NCBI GenBank assembly: GCA_044376115.1
Contig: JBILLK010000019.1
Location: forward strand, 128,001 to 192,000
DNA from: Polyangiaceae bacterium
GTDB taxonomy: Bacteria; Myxococcota_A; Polyangia; Polyangiales; Polyangiaceae
Direction: 5' to 3'
DNA: 64,000 nucleotides
Positions 10,016 to 20,234 of this stretch are shown here, in pieces. The notes beneath the pieces are model-generated. The model had not been told where the DNA came from. It made no database searches and was given only the letters and a program-made list of their open reading frames with translations. Numbering within the stretch: position 1 is the first letter of the stretch; the number at the start of each line of letters is the position of its first letter. Position numbers and translations under genes: made by a program.

Positions 10016-11394
10016 CAAACGCCTCCTTTGAGCCACTGCCCGCTGCTCGCCGCGACCGGCACCTCGGCTTCGTCGGCACGATAGACGCAGGTGCCGCGAA
10101 CGTAGGTGGCGGCGATCGCGCCGAGCAACGTCTCCCCGTCGTACGGGGTCAGCTTGTTCTTGTGACGAATGCTGGGCTTCGTCACGGTGGTCTTGGCGTG
10201 CTCGTTCAGGAAGGTGAAGTCGGCGTCGAGCCCGACCTCGAGCGCACCTTTGCGGCCGCTGAGGCGCGCATGACGAGCAGGGTTGCGGCTCATCCAACGT
10301 GTGACGTCCTCCAAGCTGAATCCGCGCTTCTTGGCCTCGGTGTGGACCGCCAGAAAGCTCCATTGCAGCCCGGCGATACCGCCCCACGCGCCCATGAAGT
10401 CACCTTCCTCGGTGCGCTTGAGCTCAGGGAGGCAAGGCGAGTGATCCGAGACCACCATTTCAATAAGCCCTTCACGAACGGCGTCCCACAAGGCCTCGCG
10501 ATTTCGCGCCTCGCGGATGGGGGGCGCACACTTGAACCAGGTCGCTCCGTCGGGGATGTCTTCGGCGCTGAAATGCAGATAGTGCGGAGCCGTCTCGGCG
10601 GTCAGCGGCACGCCCTCGTCGCGAGCCTTCTTGAGCCAGGTGAGCGCGGTCGCCGAGGATAGGTGCACTACATGGATCGGCACCTGGGTGCTGGCGGCCA
10701 GCGCATACAGCTGGGCAACGGCGCGCTCCTCGGCGGACGGTGGGCGCGAGGCGAGGTACGTCGCGTACGAGCGGCTATCCATGCGGGCGATCACGTCGGC
10801 CACCGCGTCGATCGGCCCTTCAAGCTCCGCGTGCACCATCAGCGGCACGCCACGGTCTTTGAGCTGGGCCAGCGCGTCCTCGATGTTGGAAAGCGAGACG
10901 AAGGGAAACTCCAGCACCCCGGAGGGCAACATGAAGCACTTGAAGCCGTGTGCGCCCTCATCGAGCAGGTGACCGAGCGAGCGCCGATCCCCAGTGGTGT
11001 TATCCGGGACTGCGCCGCCCCAAAGCCCAACGTCGACGCGCAAGCGACCTTCCGTAGCCGCGGCCTTCTCGGCCAGCCCGCGCGCGCTGGTGGCCGGCGG
11101 AATGCTGTTGAGCGGCATATCAACCAAGGTGGTTATGCCGCCTGCCGCCGCGGCTGAGGTGGCCGTCTCGAAGCCCTCCCATTCGGTGCGGCCCGGCTCA
11201 TTGATGTGAACGTGGGTATCGACGATGCCGGGGAGCAGCGTACAAGACTCGAACTCGACGATCGGTGCCCCTTCCGGGACGGCCTCATACGCTGCAATGG
11301 CCGCGATCCTGCCGCCGACGACCTTCACGCTCGCCGGCTTGATCCCAGTGGGGAGCACCGCGCGCTTGGCGCGAAAGAACTGTTCTTCGCTCAT
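10015..11394 (-). CDS. allB: Allantoinase
   Basis: LPGIVDTHVHINEPGRTEWEGF, DMPLNSIP, GFKCF, HAE, ETAPHYL, FKCAPPIR, SDHSP, AWGGI. Confidence 0.96.
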   Translation of the reverse strand: MSEEQFFRAKRAVLPTGIKPASVKVVGGRIAAIAAYEAVPEGAPIVEFESCTLLPGIVDTHVHINEPGRTEWEGFETATSAAAAGGITTLVDMPLNSIPPATSARGLAEKAAATEGRLRVDVGLWGGAVPDNTTGDRRSLGHLLDEGAHGFKCFMLPSGVLEFPFVSLSNIEDALAQLKDRGVPLMVHAELEGPIDAVADVIARMDSRSYATYLASRPPSAEERAVAQLYALAASTQVPIHVVHLSSATALTWLKKARDEGVPLTAETAPHYLHFSAEDIPDGATWFKCAPPIREARNREALWDAVREGLIEMVVSDHSPCLPELKRTEEGDFMGAWGGIAGLQWSFLAVHTEAKKRGFSLEDVTRWMSRNPARHARLSGRKGALEVGLDADFTFLNEHAKTTVTKPSIRHKNKLTPYDGETLLGAIAATYVRGTCVYRADEAEVPVAASSGQWLKGGV

Positions 11395-12590
11395 GGTCCC
11401 TTGGCTCCCTGGTCGATCCAGGCTCGCAGCGTCTCGCGCTCGGCCTGCGTCATGTTGGTTTGGTTGGCGAGCGGCATGCTCTTCGACTTCACGGCGCGCT
11501 CTTCAATCTTCGGCGCGTGCCGCACGATCAGATCGGCGCTGTCGAACATGATGCCGTTGGGAGCCACTTTGTAGCCGGGGTTGGTCGGCGTGGTCGAGTG
11601 GCACTCGGTGCAGCGGTTGTGGATGATCTCCGCCACCTCGGCGAACTCGACCGGGGTGGTCCGCTTCTGCGAGGGGCTGAGCATGTCCTTGTCGCTCATC
11701 ATCACCAGCGTGAAGGACGCGGCTCCAAAGGCCACGAAGCTGGTGGGCCAGAACCACATCTTGTGGGTGAAGCGCATGTTCATGCCATGCCGAACGAAGG
11801 CGCCGGCCGAACACAACACCAGCAAGATCACCCAGGACTTGGGGTGCCCAAAGGTCGAAGGGAAATGCCCGCTGAGCATGATGAACAAGAGCGGGAAGGT
11901 GAAGTAGTTGTTGTGAATCGAGCGCTGTTTGGCCTGGTAGCCAACGGCTGGATCTTGCTCGCGGCCCTCTTTGGTCGCGGCGATCAGCTCGCGCTGTGAC
12001 GGCATGATCACGAACCAGACGTTGCCCGTCATGATCGTGCCCATCAGAATGCCGACATGCATGTAGGCGGCTCGGCCGCTGAAGAAGTTGAAGTAGACGG
12101 CGGAGGCGCCAATCACGATGCCGAGCGTCAGCAGCGTTGCCAACGTAACGCTCTTACCGATCTTGGTGCGCCAAACGATGTCGTACAGGATCCAAGCGGC
12201 CGGCAGACTCGCTGCGCTAATCCCTATTGCGGTATTGGCGCTGATGGCGGCGATCTCCGGGTCCACCATCATCGAGGCAGCGCTCATGTAGTAGACGAGC
12301 ACCATTAGCGAGATGCCACTCGCCCAAGTGGTGAAGTTCTGCCACTTGAACCAATGCAGGTTGTCGGGGAGCTGGGAGGGTGAGAGAGCGAGCTTCTCCA
12401 TTTGGTAGAAGCCCCCGGAGTGAACCATCCAGATCTCCCCCACGAGCCCCTTGCGCGGGCCGCTCTTGGGCGTCTCCAGATTGCGGTCAATCCAGTTCCA
12501 GAGCATCGAGTTGCCGATCCACATGATGCCGGCGATGAGGTGAACCCAACGCGCAATCAATTGGACCAGCTCAGCTAGCGGATCGAACAT
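11391..12590 (-). CDS. puuD: Membrane urate hydroxylase PuuD with C-terminal cytochrome c domain
   Basis: RWVHLIAGIMWIG, WMVHSGGFY, LHWFKW, GTIMTGNV, RSIHNNYFT; multiple TM helices; heme motif CTECH and MP..N.T.MT..ER. Confidence 0.92.
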   Translation of the reverse strand: MFDPLAELVQLIARWVHLIAGIMWIGNSMLWNWIDRNLETPKSGPRKGLVGEIWMVHSGGFYQMEKLALSPSQLPDNLHWFKWQNFTTWASGISLMVLVYYMSAASMMVDPEIAAISANTAIGISAASLPAAWILYDIVWRTKIGKSVTLATLLTLGIVIGASAVYFNFFSGRAAYMHVGILMGTIMTGNVWFVIMPSQRELIAATKEGREQDPAVGYQAKQRSIHNNYFTFPLLFIMLSGHFPSTFGHPKSWVILLVLCSAGAFVRHGMNMRFTHKMWFWPTSFVAFGAASFTLVMMSDKDMLSPSQKRTTPVEFAEVAEIIHNRCTECHSTTPTNPGYKVAPNGIMFDSADLIVRHAPKIEERAVKSKSMPLANQTNMTQAERETLRAWIDQGAKGP

Positions 12591-12630
12591 GTGTTTGGAC
12601 CTGAACGCTCGCGGTCGCACGAACGACGAA

Positions 12631-12661
12631 GGGCGGCAAGCGCTTGCATCGCTTGTCGCCC
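12631..12661. terminator. GC-rich 12-bp inverted repeat between the kinase gene and puuD (terminator-like or operator)
   Basis: GGGCGGCAAGCG-cttgcat-CGCTTGTCGCCC with one G.U pair or mismatch; no strong U tract. Confidence 0.4.
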
Positions 12662-12688
12662 AACACTGCCTTTAGCCGTTGCGGAGCC

Positions 12689-15187
12689 TCAGTTCTTGCT
12701 GGGCGCCTTTTTCTTCGAGCCGCGCTTTTCTTGGGGTTTCTTCTTCTTCGTCTCGGCCCGGCGCACTTTCTTCTTGTCTCGCTTGGGCTTGGTCGTCGTC
12801 TCGCCTAGCTCGCTGTCTTCGCTTGCGTCGGCCAGCAACTTTTCACGGGCCGCCCCGCTCAGGTTCGGCGGCCCAACGAACGGTTGCTTGGGGTTGAACG
12901 CAGGCTCTTGCCAGCCGTCTGCTGCGGGCTTGCTGGCGAGCGTGGCTGGCTCGGGCACGGCCTGCTGGGGGAACGCTTGCGCTGCCGCTGCGAGGTCCGC
13001 GGGCAGGGCAGGGCGAGCCTGCTCGTGGTTGAGGAAGGGCGCCTTTGCCTGGGCTCTCGCGACGAGCTCACCGCCCGAGCTGGTCAGCGTCGAAGCGATG
13101 ACGAGCAGACCGGCCGTGAGCGCGCCAAGCGCTGCTACCGCGCCGAGCTTGCGTCGTCGTGCCCGCGCTCGCTCCGGCTCGTTGAGCGCAGCGAGCACCT
13201 CGGCTCGCATCTCGGTTGCGCTGGAAAAGCGAAGCGAAGCGTGGCGCGCCAAGGCTTTGCCGACCAACGTGTCAAGCAGCTTGGCGTGCCCGACGGCTTG
13301 CAGCAGTTCGCTCGGTGGCGGCGGGCTTCCTTGCGCTTTGGCTTGAATCACGCCCATCTGCGTATCGGCCTTGAACGGCACCGAGCCGGTGAGCAGCTCG
13401 TAAAGCATCGTACCAACGGCGTAGAGATCGGCGCGCACATCCACCTCGTGTGGGCGGGCGGCCTGTTCTGGCGCCATGTAGTCCGGCGTTCCCCAAAGTT
13501 CGACGCCGCTGCTCGTCGGCGCGGGCGTGAACACCTCGGCGAGATCGCGATCATCGCGCGCGATCGCGATACCGAAGTCGATCAGGGTGAGCGAGCCGTC
13601 GTCTGCGAGGATGACGTTGCTGGGCTTGAGGTCGCGGTGAATGACGCCCTTTTCGTGAACCGCGGCGAGCACGGCGAGCAGCTTCTCGGTCAGCTGCAGG
13701 GACTCGGTGACGGTGAGTTTGCCGCCCTTGAGCTTGCTCTCGAGGTTCTGGCCCTCACACAGCTCGAGCACCAAGAAGGGGCGGTCATCGGCGGTGCGGC
13801 CGACGTCACGTAGGCGAACTACCCCGGGAACGTCGAGCAGCGAAAGCACCCGCATCTCCCGACGAAGCTGCGTTTCACCCAGCTTGTCTTTCGAATCGAG
13901 CAGCTTGATGGCGACGGTCCGATCGAGGTCAACGTGCAGCGCTTTGTGCACCGACGAGCCTTGCCCGCGGCCAAGCTCACTCAGCAGCTTGTAGCGGGTG
14001 CCTGGAAGGACGCCCTCTTCGCTTTCGCGCACGGCGTGAGCCACCCGCGGCGTGTTGGCGCGCGGCGTCTTGCTGGCGCCAAAGACTTTGCGCGCCTCAG
14101 CGACCAAACGCAGAAACTCGCGCCGCGCGCGGGTGGTCTCCCCGTTGAACATGCGGTTCATCAACATCTGCACTCGGCCGCGAACGCCGCGTTCACCCGA
14201 GGCCATCGGCGGGGCGTGGCTCAGCAAGGAGGCGAGCTCACGGGCCGCATCTTTCGTGCGCGCATAGCGGTGATTCTTGTCGAAGCTGGTCAGCCGCTTG
14301 ATGACCACGTCCAAGCCTGGTGGAGCGTCTTCACAATCGGAGATCGGCGGTAGCTCGCGTTCGCCTTTGGCTACTAGGGCCATGTGCTCGCTGGCCTCGC
14401 CACTCAGGAAGCGGCGGCCGCACACGAGTTCCCACAGCATGACGCCGATGGCGTACAGATCGACGCGGAAGTCGCCGGAGTTCCCGTTGGCCACCTCGGG
14501 CGCGACGTAGCCGGGTTTGGCGTAGACCACGCCGCTCACGGTGTGGCATCGGCGGTTCTCCCCGCGGGCCGTACCGAAGTCGATGATTTTGACCTCACCG
14601 CCGTAGCTCACCATCAGGTTCTGCGGTGACAGGTCACGGTGCACGATCGAGAGCGGCTTGCCGTCTCCGTCGCTGCGCTCGTGGACGTGCGAGAGCGCCT
14701 CGGCCGTCAGCTGGATGATCGCTACCGCCTCGTGCCATGCAACGCGCTGGCTCGTCGATACCGAGCGCGCGCGGACGTCGCCCAGACTGCGCCCGTCCAC
14801 ATACTCGACTACGACGTACGGCTCTGAGGTTTCATCGTCCACCGTGGCTTCGAGCACCTGCGCGACGCCGGGGTGCTCCAGCTGGGCCTGCACGCGGGCC
14901 TCGTCCAAGAAGCGAGCCTTGAAGCTCTTGTCTGTGCGGTGCTCGCTGCGAATCGTCTTGACGATCACCGGTCGCTCGGCGCCCTCGAGGCCAAGCGCCG
15001 CTGCGAGCATTACCTCGCCCATCCCTCCCTTGGCGATCCGGCGTAACAATACATAGCGACCGAAGCGCCGCGGTAACTCGAAGTAGGCAAGCGCCGCCGG
15101 GCGCAGTGGCTCGCGCGCGGGAGCAGGCCGACTCAGGGAGCTAGGCACGCTGCCATGAGACGCGGGACCGAGGGAGGAGGACTCCAT
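12689..15187 (-). CDS. Ser/Thr protein kinase with two tandem kinase domains and a C-terminal TM helix
   Basis: Domain 1: GGMGEV, VIVK, HRDLSPQN, DFG, YVAPE. Domain 2: VAIK, HRDLKPSN, DFG, GTPDYMAPE. TM segment LGAVAALGALTAGLLVIA. Confidence 0.92.
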   Translation of the reverse strand: MESSSLGPASHGSVPSSLSRPAPAREPLRPAALAYFELPRRFGRYVLLRRIAKGGMGEVMLAAALGLEGAERPVIVKTIRSEHRTDKSFKARFLDEARVQAQLEHPGVAQVLEATVDDETSEPYVVVEYVDGRSLGDVRARSVSTSQRVAWHEAVAIIQLTAEALSHVHERSDGDGKPLSIVHRDLSPQNLMVSYGGEVKIIDFGTARGENRRCHTVSGVVYAKPGYVAPEVANGNSGDFRVDLYAIGVMLWELVCGRRFLSGEASEHMALVAKGERELPPISDCEDAPPGLDVVIKRLTSFDKNHRYARTKDAARELASLLSHAPPMASGERGVRGRVQMLMNRMFNGETTRARREFLRLVAEARKVFGASKTPRANTPRVAHAVRESEEGVLPGTRYKLLSELGRGQGSSVHKALHVDLDRTVAIKLLDSKDKLGETQLRREMRVLSLLDVPGVVRLRDVGRTADDRPFLVLELCEGQNLESKLKGGKLTVTESLQLTEKLLAVLAAVHEKGVIHRDLKPSNVILADDGSLTLIDFGIAIARDDRDLAEVFTPAPTSSGVELWGTPDYMAPEQAARPHEVDVRADLYAVGTMLYELLTGSVPFKADTQMGVIQAKAQGSPPPPSELLQAVGHAKLLDTLVGKALARHASLRFSSATEMRAEVLAALNEPERARARRRKLGAVAALGALTAGLLVIASTLTSSGGELVARAQAKAPFLNHEQARPALPADLAAAAQAFPQQAVPEPATLASKPAADGWQEPAFNPKQPFVGPPNLSGAAREKLLADASEDSELGETTTKPKRDKKKVRRAETKKKKPQEKRGSKKKAPSKN

Positions 15188-15330
15188 AGCTTCCCCTACG
15201 GGCCGAGCTTTCGCTGGGCCAAGAAATCAACTGAAGACGCGGGCTCTACTTCAATAAGGGCGGCGGCGGGCCGCGCCCGAGGTTGACCAGGTGCTGATCC
15301 CGTTCCCCAATTGCGGTATAGGTCGCAGCT

Positions 15331-16359
15331 ATGGGGAAGAGGAATACGATCGCCTTTTTGGTTGCGCTGGCTCTGACGACGACCGGCTGCGATGTCATCA
15401 ACAAGCTAAAGAAGGCCAAGGAAGACTTGGCCTCCACCACCAGCTCGGCGGCCGCCAAGGAAGGGCCGCTCTCCGATGACCCGGATGAAGCGCTGGGATT
15501 GAAGTTGAACCACCCGATCGAGTGCATCAACAATACGTCTTCAGCCGTTTTTCGCAGCTACGACCGCTACGTCTCCTGGGTCGATCCGAAGGCCGGCATC
15601 ACCGGCAAAGAGCGCAACGTGTACGGCCTCTACGAGATCAACAAGACCTTCGTCGACCGCTGCAAGAAGGCTCTTGTGGACCTGAAGAACGTCAAGGAGC
15701 CCAAGACGCCCGAGCTCGACGGCTTTGCCGCGACCTACGAGACCAAGCTCGACGCGGTGATGACTGCGGCCACCGACGCCTATAAGTACTACAACCAAAA
15801 GGACTACGAAGACGACAAGTTCGCCAAGGCCAAGACCATGCATCCCGGCCTAATCAAGGCGTTCGAAGAGTTCGACGCGGCGGACAAGGCGATGCGCGAC
15901 GAGCTCACTCGGCTCAAATCCGGCATGAGCGAACGCGAGATCGCCAAGGTGGAGAAAGAGCAGGGGAAGAAGCTGCTCTGGCACAAGCTCAAGATGAGCA
16001 TCGTGGCGGAGAAGGTCGTTCAGGCGGGCAACATGGATATCGCCAAGATTGACCTCGCTAAGCTCGAGGCCGCGACCAAGGATCTCGAGGACATGACGAA
16101 CCAGCTTGAGTCGTACGCCAAGGCCCATACTGATGAGACGTCCAAGGTCCTGCTCTGGAGCACTTATGAGTCCAAGCCTGGGGAGCTGTTGCGCTCCGCC
16201 AAGTCGCTGATGCGCCGTGTTCGCGACAAGAAGCCGTTCGAGACCAGCGAGACGATGATGATCAACGGCGGCAACCCGCAAATGATCGAGGGGCACCCGG
16301 CGCACCTCTTGGCCAAGTACAACGACTTGATCAAAGCGTCGAACTCGGTGAAGTTTTAA
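15331..16359 (+). CDS. YiiG/DUF3829-family lipoprotein
   Basis: Lipobox-like TTTGC; KLN..IECIN...RY.SW...G.TGKERNVYGLY; YY.QKDYEDD.FAK. Confidence 0.8.
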   Translation: MGKRNTIAFLVALALTTTGCDVINKLKKAKEDLASTTSSAAAKEGPLSDDPDEALGLKLNHPIECINNTSSAVFRSYDRYVSWVDPKAGITGKERNVYGLYEINKTFVDRCKKALVDLKNVKEPKTPELDGFAATYETKLDAVMTAATDAYKYYNQKDYEDDKFAKAKTMHPGLIKAFEEFDAADKAMRDELTRLKSGMSEREIAKVEKEQGKKLLWHKLKMSIVAEKVVQAGNMDIAKIDLAKLEAATKDLEDMTNQLESYAKAHTDETSKVLLWSTYESKPGELLRSAKSLMRRVRDKKPFETSETMMINGGNPQMIEGHPAHLLAKYNDLIKASNSVKF

Positions 16360-17954
16360 AGCGCTATCGTGAAGGCGCCTTCCGGCGGCGCAAAACAAAC
16401 GAGGCTGGGGTTGTCTTCGGGCATCTCCAGCTTCATGTGGCTTAGCAGCAGCTTCCCCGTCTCTGCGTTGGGCACGGTGATGCCGAGCCGGCGCTTCCCA
16501 CCGTGGTTGAAGTCGAGCAGCGTCTCCGTCGTGCGTTTCTCGAAGGACTTGAGCGCCCTCTTGGTGCGAGGAAAGTCGAACTTCTTCGGTGTCCTGTCGG
16601 ACACGTCGTAGAGGAATAGGAACGGCGTTTTGCAGCTCTCGGTCAGCAGGGGGAAGACCTCGGAGGCTGCGCTGCTCGAGTCGGGCCTATTCTTGAAAAG
16701 GTCCGCGGGCGGCGTGCCGAGCAGCCTCTGGTCCACGGTGCCGAGCAGCACCGAGATGCCAGAGATCTCCCCGCCAACCGACGCATAGGCGGTGTTCTCG
16801 TCGCTGGCCCAAAGCGCCGTCAGCCGGACTTGCTTGGGCGGGACGAATTGCTGGTAACGGTTGTCCTTGGTGACGCTGACCAATTTGTGAAGCTCGTTCG
16901 ACCCTTGGTAGCGACCGACGTTCAACCCGAAGAAGCTGCCATCCGGCGTTGCCCACGCTGCGGCGATGTGGCCCGGGTCATGGGTCTCGAGCCTCCGGGT
17001 GCTAACGCCGTCGAAGCGCGCGAGGTAGTACGGCGAACTCGCGCTGGAGAGGGTGACGTAGACAGCGTTCTTTGAGCTTACTGCGATATGGTGGTGATAG
17101 GGCATTAGCTCGCCTGCGGCCTCGAGCTCGGGCAGGTCCTCGATGCGGCTCTTGCTTTCACCGGCTGGCCAGTACTCCAAGGCGAACTTCTTGGTGTCAC
17201 AACGCTGTCCGAGTACGTAGACCTCTCCGCTGGGCAAAGTCGCTACGTCGAACGGGCGAAGCAGCGCGCCGCTGCAACCCTGCTTGGCTTCGGCTTTGGT
17301 GGGTTGAAGCTCCACCTTGGCGGTGCCGTGCACGACCGCGAGCGCATCGCCGTTGATGCCCAGGAAGACGCCGTCGGTCCAGGGCACCACGTTGAAGGGT
17401 AGCTTCTTCTCGACCGTCCACTGGCCAGCGTGACGCACGTACGCAACGTCCCGCGAGCTTGATTGGCGAGCGCCAAAGAAGCTACTGAAGTTCGCCTCGG
17501 CCCAAAGATCCTCGGGCCAGTTACCCTCGAGCTTGCGAATCTCGTACGCCCCGAGCAGCGGCGTATTCTTCTCCACCTTCTCGGTGGTGACGGCCTTGGG
17601 CTTGAGCTTCAGCTTACCGTCCTCGAGCTCGTAGACATGGCCTGCTTTGGTGACCACCATACGATCGCGGAAGGGATGAATCACAAAGTCCGAGGACGCT
17701 TGGCCTCCCGGCATAAAGCCAGCGTCTTCCTTCAGGTAAGCAACCGGGAAGAGCGGCTTGCTCGCAGGCTTCGTCTTGATCGTGCTGCGATCCACCTGCT
17801 CCGGCGTAGTCGGGCTGGCCGATGCCGATACTGCGCTGGCCGGACGTTCGGAGGTGATGGGCGCCGCGGACGACTTCGATTCAGCCTTTGTCTGGTCTCC
17901 GCAGCCGAGGGCCGAGAGCGCGAGCAGGAGCGTGGAGCGTTGAGCCGGATACAT
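16356..17954 (-). CDS. Hypothetical lipoprotein
   Basis: Start reassigned to ATG 17954 (MYPAQRSTLLLALSALGC lipobox); Ser/Ala linker, then a beta-rich body. Confidence 0.7.
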   Translation of the reverse strand: MYPAQRSTLLLALSALGCGDQTKAESKSSAAPITSERPASAVSASASPTTPEQVDRSTIKTKPASKPLFPVAYLKEDAGFMPGGQASSDFVIHPFRDRMVVTKAGHVYELEDGKLKLKPKAVTTEKVEKNTPLLGAYEIRKLEGNWPEDLWAEANFSSFFGARQSSSRDVAYVRHAGQWTVEKKLPFNVVPWTDGVFLGINGDALAVVHGTAKVELQPTKAEAKQGCSGALLRPFDVATLPSGEVYVLGQRCDTKKFALEYWPAGESKSRIEDLPELEAAGELMPYHHHIAVSSKNAVYVTLSSASSPYYLARFDGVSTRRLETHDPGHIAAAWATPDGSFFGLNVGRYQGSNELHKLVSVTKDNRYQQFVPPKQVRLTALWASDENTAYASVGGEISGISVLLGTVDQRLLGTPPADLFKNRPDSSSAASEVFPLLTESCKTPFLFLYDVSDRTPKKFDFPRTKRALKSFEKRTTETLLDFNHGGKRRLGITVPNAETGKLLLSHMKLEMPEDNPSLVCFAPPEGAFTIAL

Positions 17955-18003
17955 CAGGCGTGGAACGCTAGACCATGTTGCGGGCCGGCGGAGCAGGCTT
18001 TCG

Positions 18004-18798
18004 CTATTGAGCAGCTGGGGGAGCCGCGTGACAACAAGGACGAGGTGCCTCGGCAGGCTCCCCGTGTTCGCCGGTGCTTTGGGGCGCGTGGGGGGCGATG
18101 CCATTGACCACCGCCGCTTGCAGTTGCAGCGCCCCACCGAGCGCCATCAGCAGGCCGGCAGCCAGCCGTACGGTGCTGTGGCGAAAGACCGCTGCTGCCC
18201 CGCGCAGCAGCGAGAGCACGCCGACGATCGCCGGCAGAGTACCGACGAAGAAGGCCGCCATCACCGAGGCGCCGAGCAGCGCGTTGCCGGTGCTCATGGC
18301 CAGCGCGAGGGCTCCGTAAATCAGGCCGCAGGGTAAGAAGCCCCACAAAAGGCCGCGCGCGAGTAGCCCCTTGCTTCCCGTTGTAGTCCGACCGAAGCCG
18401 GCCTTGCCGAGCAGCCTGGCGGCGATGCGGGAGACGAGCGAACGAACGCCGCTCGAGCCTGGGATCGCCTTCGGTAAAATGCCGCTGCTGGCGACCCCTA
18501 CCAAGAGCAAGGTAACGCCGCAGAAAATCTTGGCGCCGAAGTGAAACTCCGAGGCGAAGGTGGCTCGCTCGACGAAGCCGAAAAGACCCGCAGCAAGAGC
18601 GCCCAGCGTTGCGTAGCCCAGCAGTCGACCGGCTTGCACGCGGGCGATCCGGCCGGCGACCTCGTACTTGTCCTGACTACCTGCAGACGGTACGGCCGAG
18701 CCGCAGGACATCGCCGCGATCGGGCCGCACATGGTGATGCAGTGGGGCGCGCCCATCAGTCCAAGCAAGAACGCGGAGCCTAATTCAAGGGTGCTCAT
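18004..18798 (-). CDS. DsbD_2 / TauE-SafE-like membrane protein of the cbb3 maturation cluster
   Basis: G..G..HC..MCGP and G.LWG.LPCGL.Y motifs; follows ccoG. Confidence 0.85.
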   Translation of the reverse strand: MSTLELGSAFLLGLMGAPHCITMCGPIAAMSCGSAVPSAGSQDKYEVAGRIARVQAGRLLGYATLGALAAGLFGFVERATFASEFHFGAKIFCGVTLLLVGVASSGILPKAIPGSSGVRSLVSRIAARLLGKAGFGRTTTGSKGLLARGLLWGFLPCGLIYGALALAMSTGNALLGASVMAAFFVGTLPAIVGVLSLLRGAAAVFRHSTVRLAAGLLMALGGALQLQAAVVNGIAPHAPQSTGEHGEPAEAPRPCCHAAPPAAQ

Positions 18799-20234
18799 TG
18801 TCGTGGTCCGATGAACTCAGCTTGCAGCTTCTGGGAGGGCTGGCCTTGGCAATCGAGGCTCTCGTAGACCGAGAGCTCCAGCAGTGCGTGCCCGCCATGC
18901 GGGATGGGCCCTTTGAACACCACGATCATCTCGCGACCCTCACGTGCGGCGAGCGATAGTGAAAGCGGTAGCGTGGTGGTCATTCCTTCAGCCGTGTGGT
19001 CGAGGCAAACCGAGAGATCACGCGGCTCGGTTTGCTTGTTGATTAGGTGCAGGACGAAGGTGTTACGTACGTCGTCGCCCTCGAGCACGTAGGGCGCTCC
19101 CTTTTGACGCAGCACATGGGCTTCGAAGTCGCGGCTCGACGAGAAGGCGAGCGTGGCAGCGACAGCGCCGAGCGTGCCCAAGACTCCGTAGATCAGCAGT
19201 CTGGGACGCCAAAACTTACGTGCTCCACCGCGCAGAACACGATCGCTCTCAAAGCGAATCAGCCCTTTGGGACGGCTGAGCTTGTCCATCACCTCGTCGC
19301 AAGCGTCGATGCAGGCGGTGCAGCCCACACAGTCGAGCTGGAGGCCGTTGCGGATATCGATGCCGGTGGGGCAGACCACGACGCAGCGTTTGCAATCGAC
19401 ACAATCACCCTTGGTCGAGCCCGCCTTGCCGCGCGGCTCTCCGCGCGTGGTGTCGTAGGCGATGACCAGCGTGTCATCGTCCACCAGCGCGCCTTGCAGG
19501 CGGCCGTAAGGGCAAACCACCAAGCAGAACTGCTCACGGAAGTAGCCGAAGTTGAAGTAGCCAATCAGTGTCAGCACCAGCGCCCAACCAAAGATGGCCG
19601 GCTCGGCTGCAGGGCCCGCGGCGAACATCGTCCAGGCCCGCTCCATCGGGACGAACAGAAATACGAGGCTGTGCGCGAGCCAGGTGGATACCAACAAGAA
19701 CGCCAAGTGTTTGCCCGTCTTGCGAGCGATCCCGGACGGCCCGAGCGGCGCCTTGTCTCGCCGTATACGTTGCTCGCGCGGGCCCTCGAACAGCCGCTCG
19801 ATCGGCCGAAAGATGCCATCGAGAAAGACCGTTTGCGGGCAGGCGAAGCCGCAGAACACCCGGCCCCATAGCGAGGTAACGAGGGCGAGCAGAAAGGCGC
19901 CCCCGGTCAGTAGAAAGAAGGCGAGAAACGCGTCCTCCGGACCGAAGCTCTTGGTCAATACGGTAAACTGCCGCGCGGGGACATTGAGCAGTAGCACGGG
20001 CTGTCCGCCCACCCGAATGAACGATAGCGCCGCTAGCACCACCAAGAGAACGCTGAACAGGATGCGACGCAGCGAGTGGAAGCGCCCTTTGACATCAGCG
20101 GGCTGGGGCTTGCGGCGGCGGCCATCCGAACCGAGCGAACTGATGATCTCCTCCGGTTCCAAGAGCGGCAGGTGTTTCTTGCCGTCCTTGGAGGAAGCTC
20201 TCTCGTTCACGTTCGCTCGGTCGTGGGCGTTCAT
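18795..20234 (-). CDS. ccoG: cbb3 oxidase accessory ferredoxin-like protein CcoG/FixG
   Basis: GRVFCGFACPQTVF, REQFCLVVCPYGRLQ, CVDCKRCVVVCPTGIDIRNGLQLDCVGCTACIDAC. Confidence 0.96.
   Translation of the reverse strand: MNAHDRANVNERASSKDGKKHLPLLEPEEIISSLGSDGRRRKPQPADVKGRFHSLRRILFSVLLVVLAALSFIRVGGQPVLLLNVPARQFTVLTKSFGPEDAFLAFFLLTGGAFLLALVTSLWGRVFCGFACPQTVFLDGIFRPIERLFEGPREQRIRRDKAPLGPSGIARKTGKHLAFLLVSTWLAHSLVFLFVPMERAWTMFAAGPAAEPAIFGWALVLTLIGYFNFGYFREQFCLVVCPYGRLQGALVDDDTLVIAYDTTRGEPRGKAGSTKGDCVDCKRCVVVCPTGIDIRNGLQLDCVGCTACIDACDEVMDKLSRPKGLIRFESDRVLRGGARKFWRPRLLIYGVLGTLGAVAATLAFSSSRDFEAHVLRQKGAPYVLEGDDVRNTFVLHLINKQTEPRDLSVCLDHTAEGMTTTLPLSLSLAAREGREMIVVFKGPIPHGGHALLELSVYESLDCQGQPSQKLQAEFIGPRQ

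Noticed and set aside
10016..10387. N-terminal 124 aa of the 636-aa track ORF (8477-10387)
   Set aside because: It overlaps allB in another frame and is Arg-rich junk; the real start is ATG 10015, coupled to the allB stop
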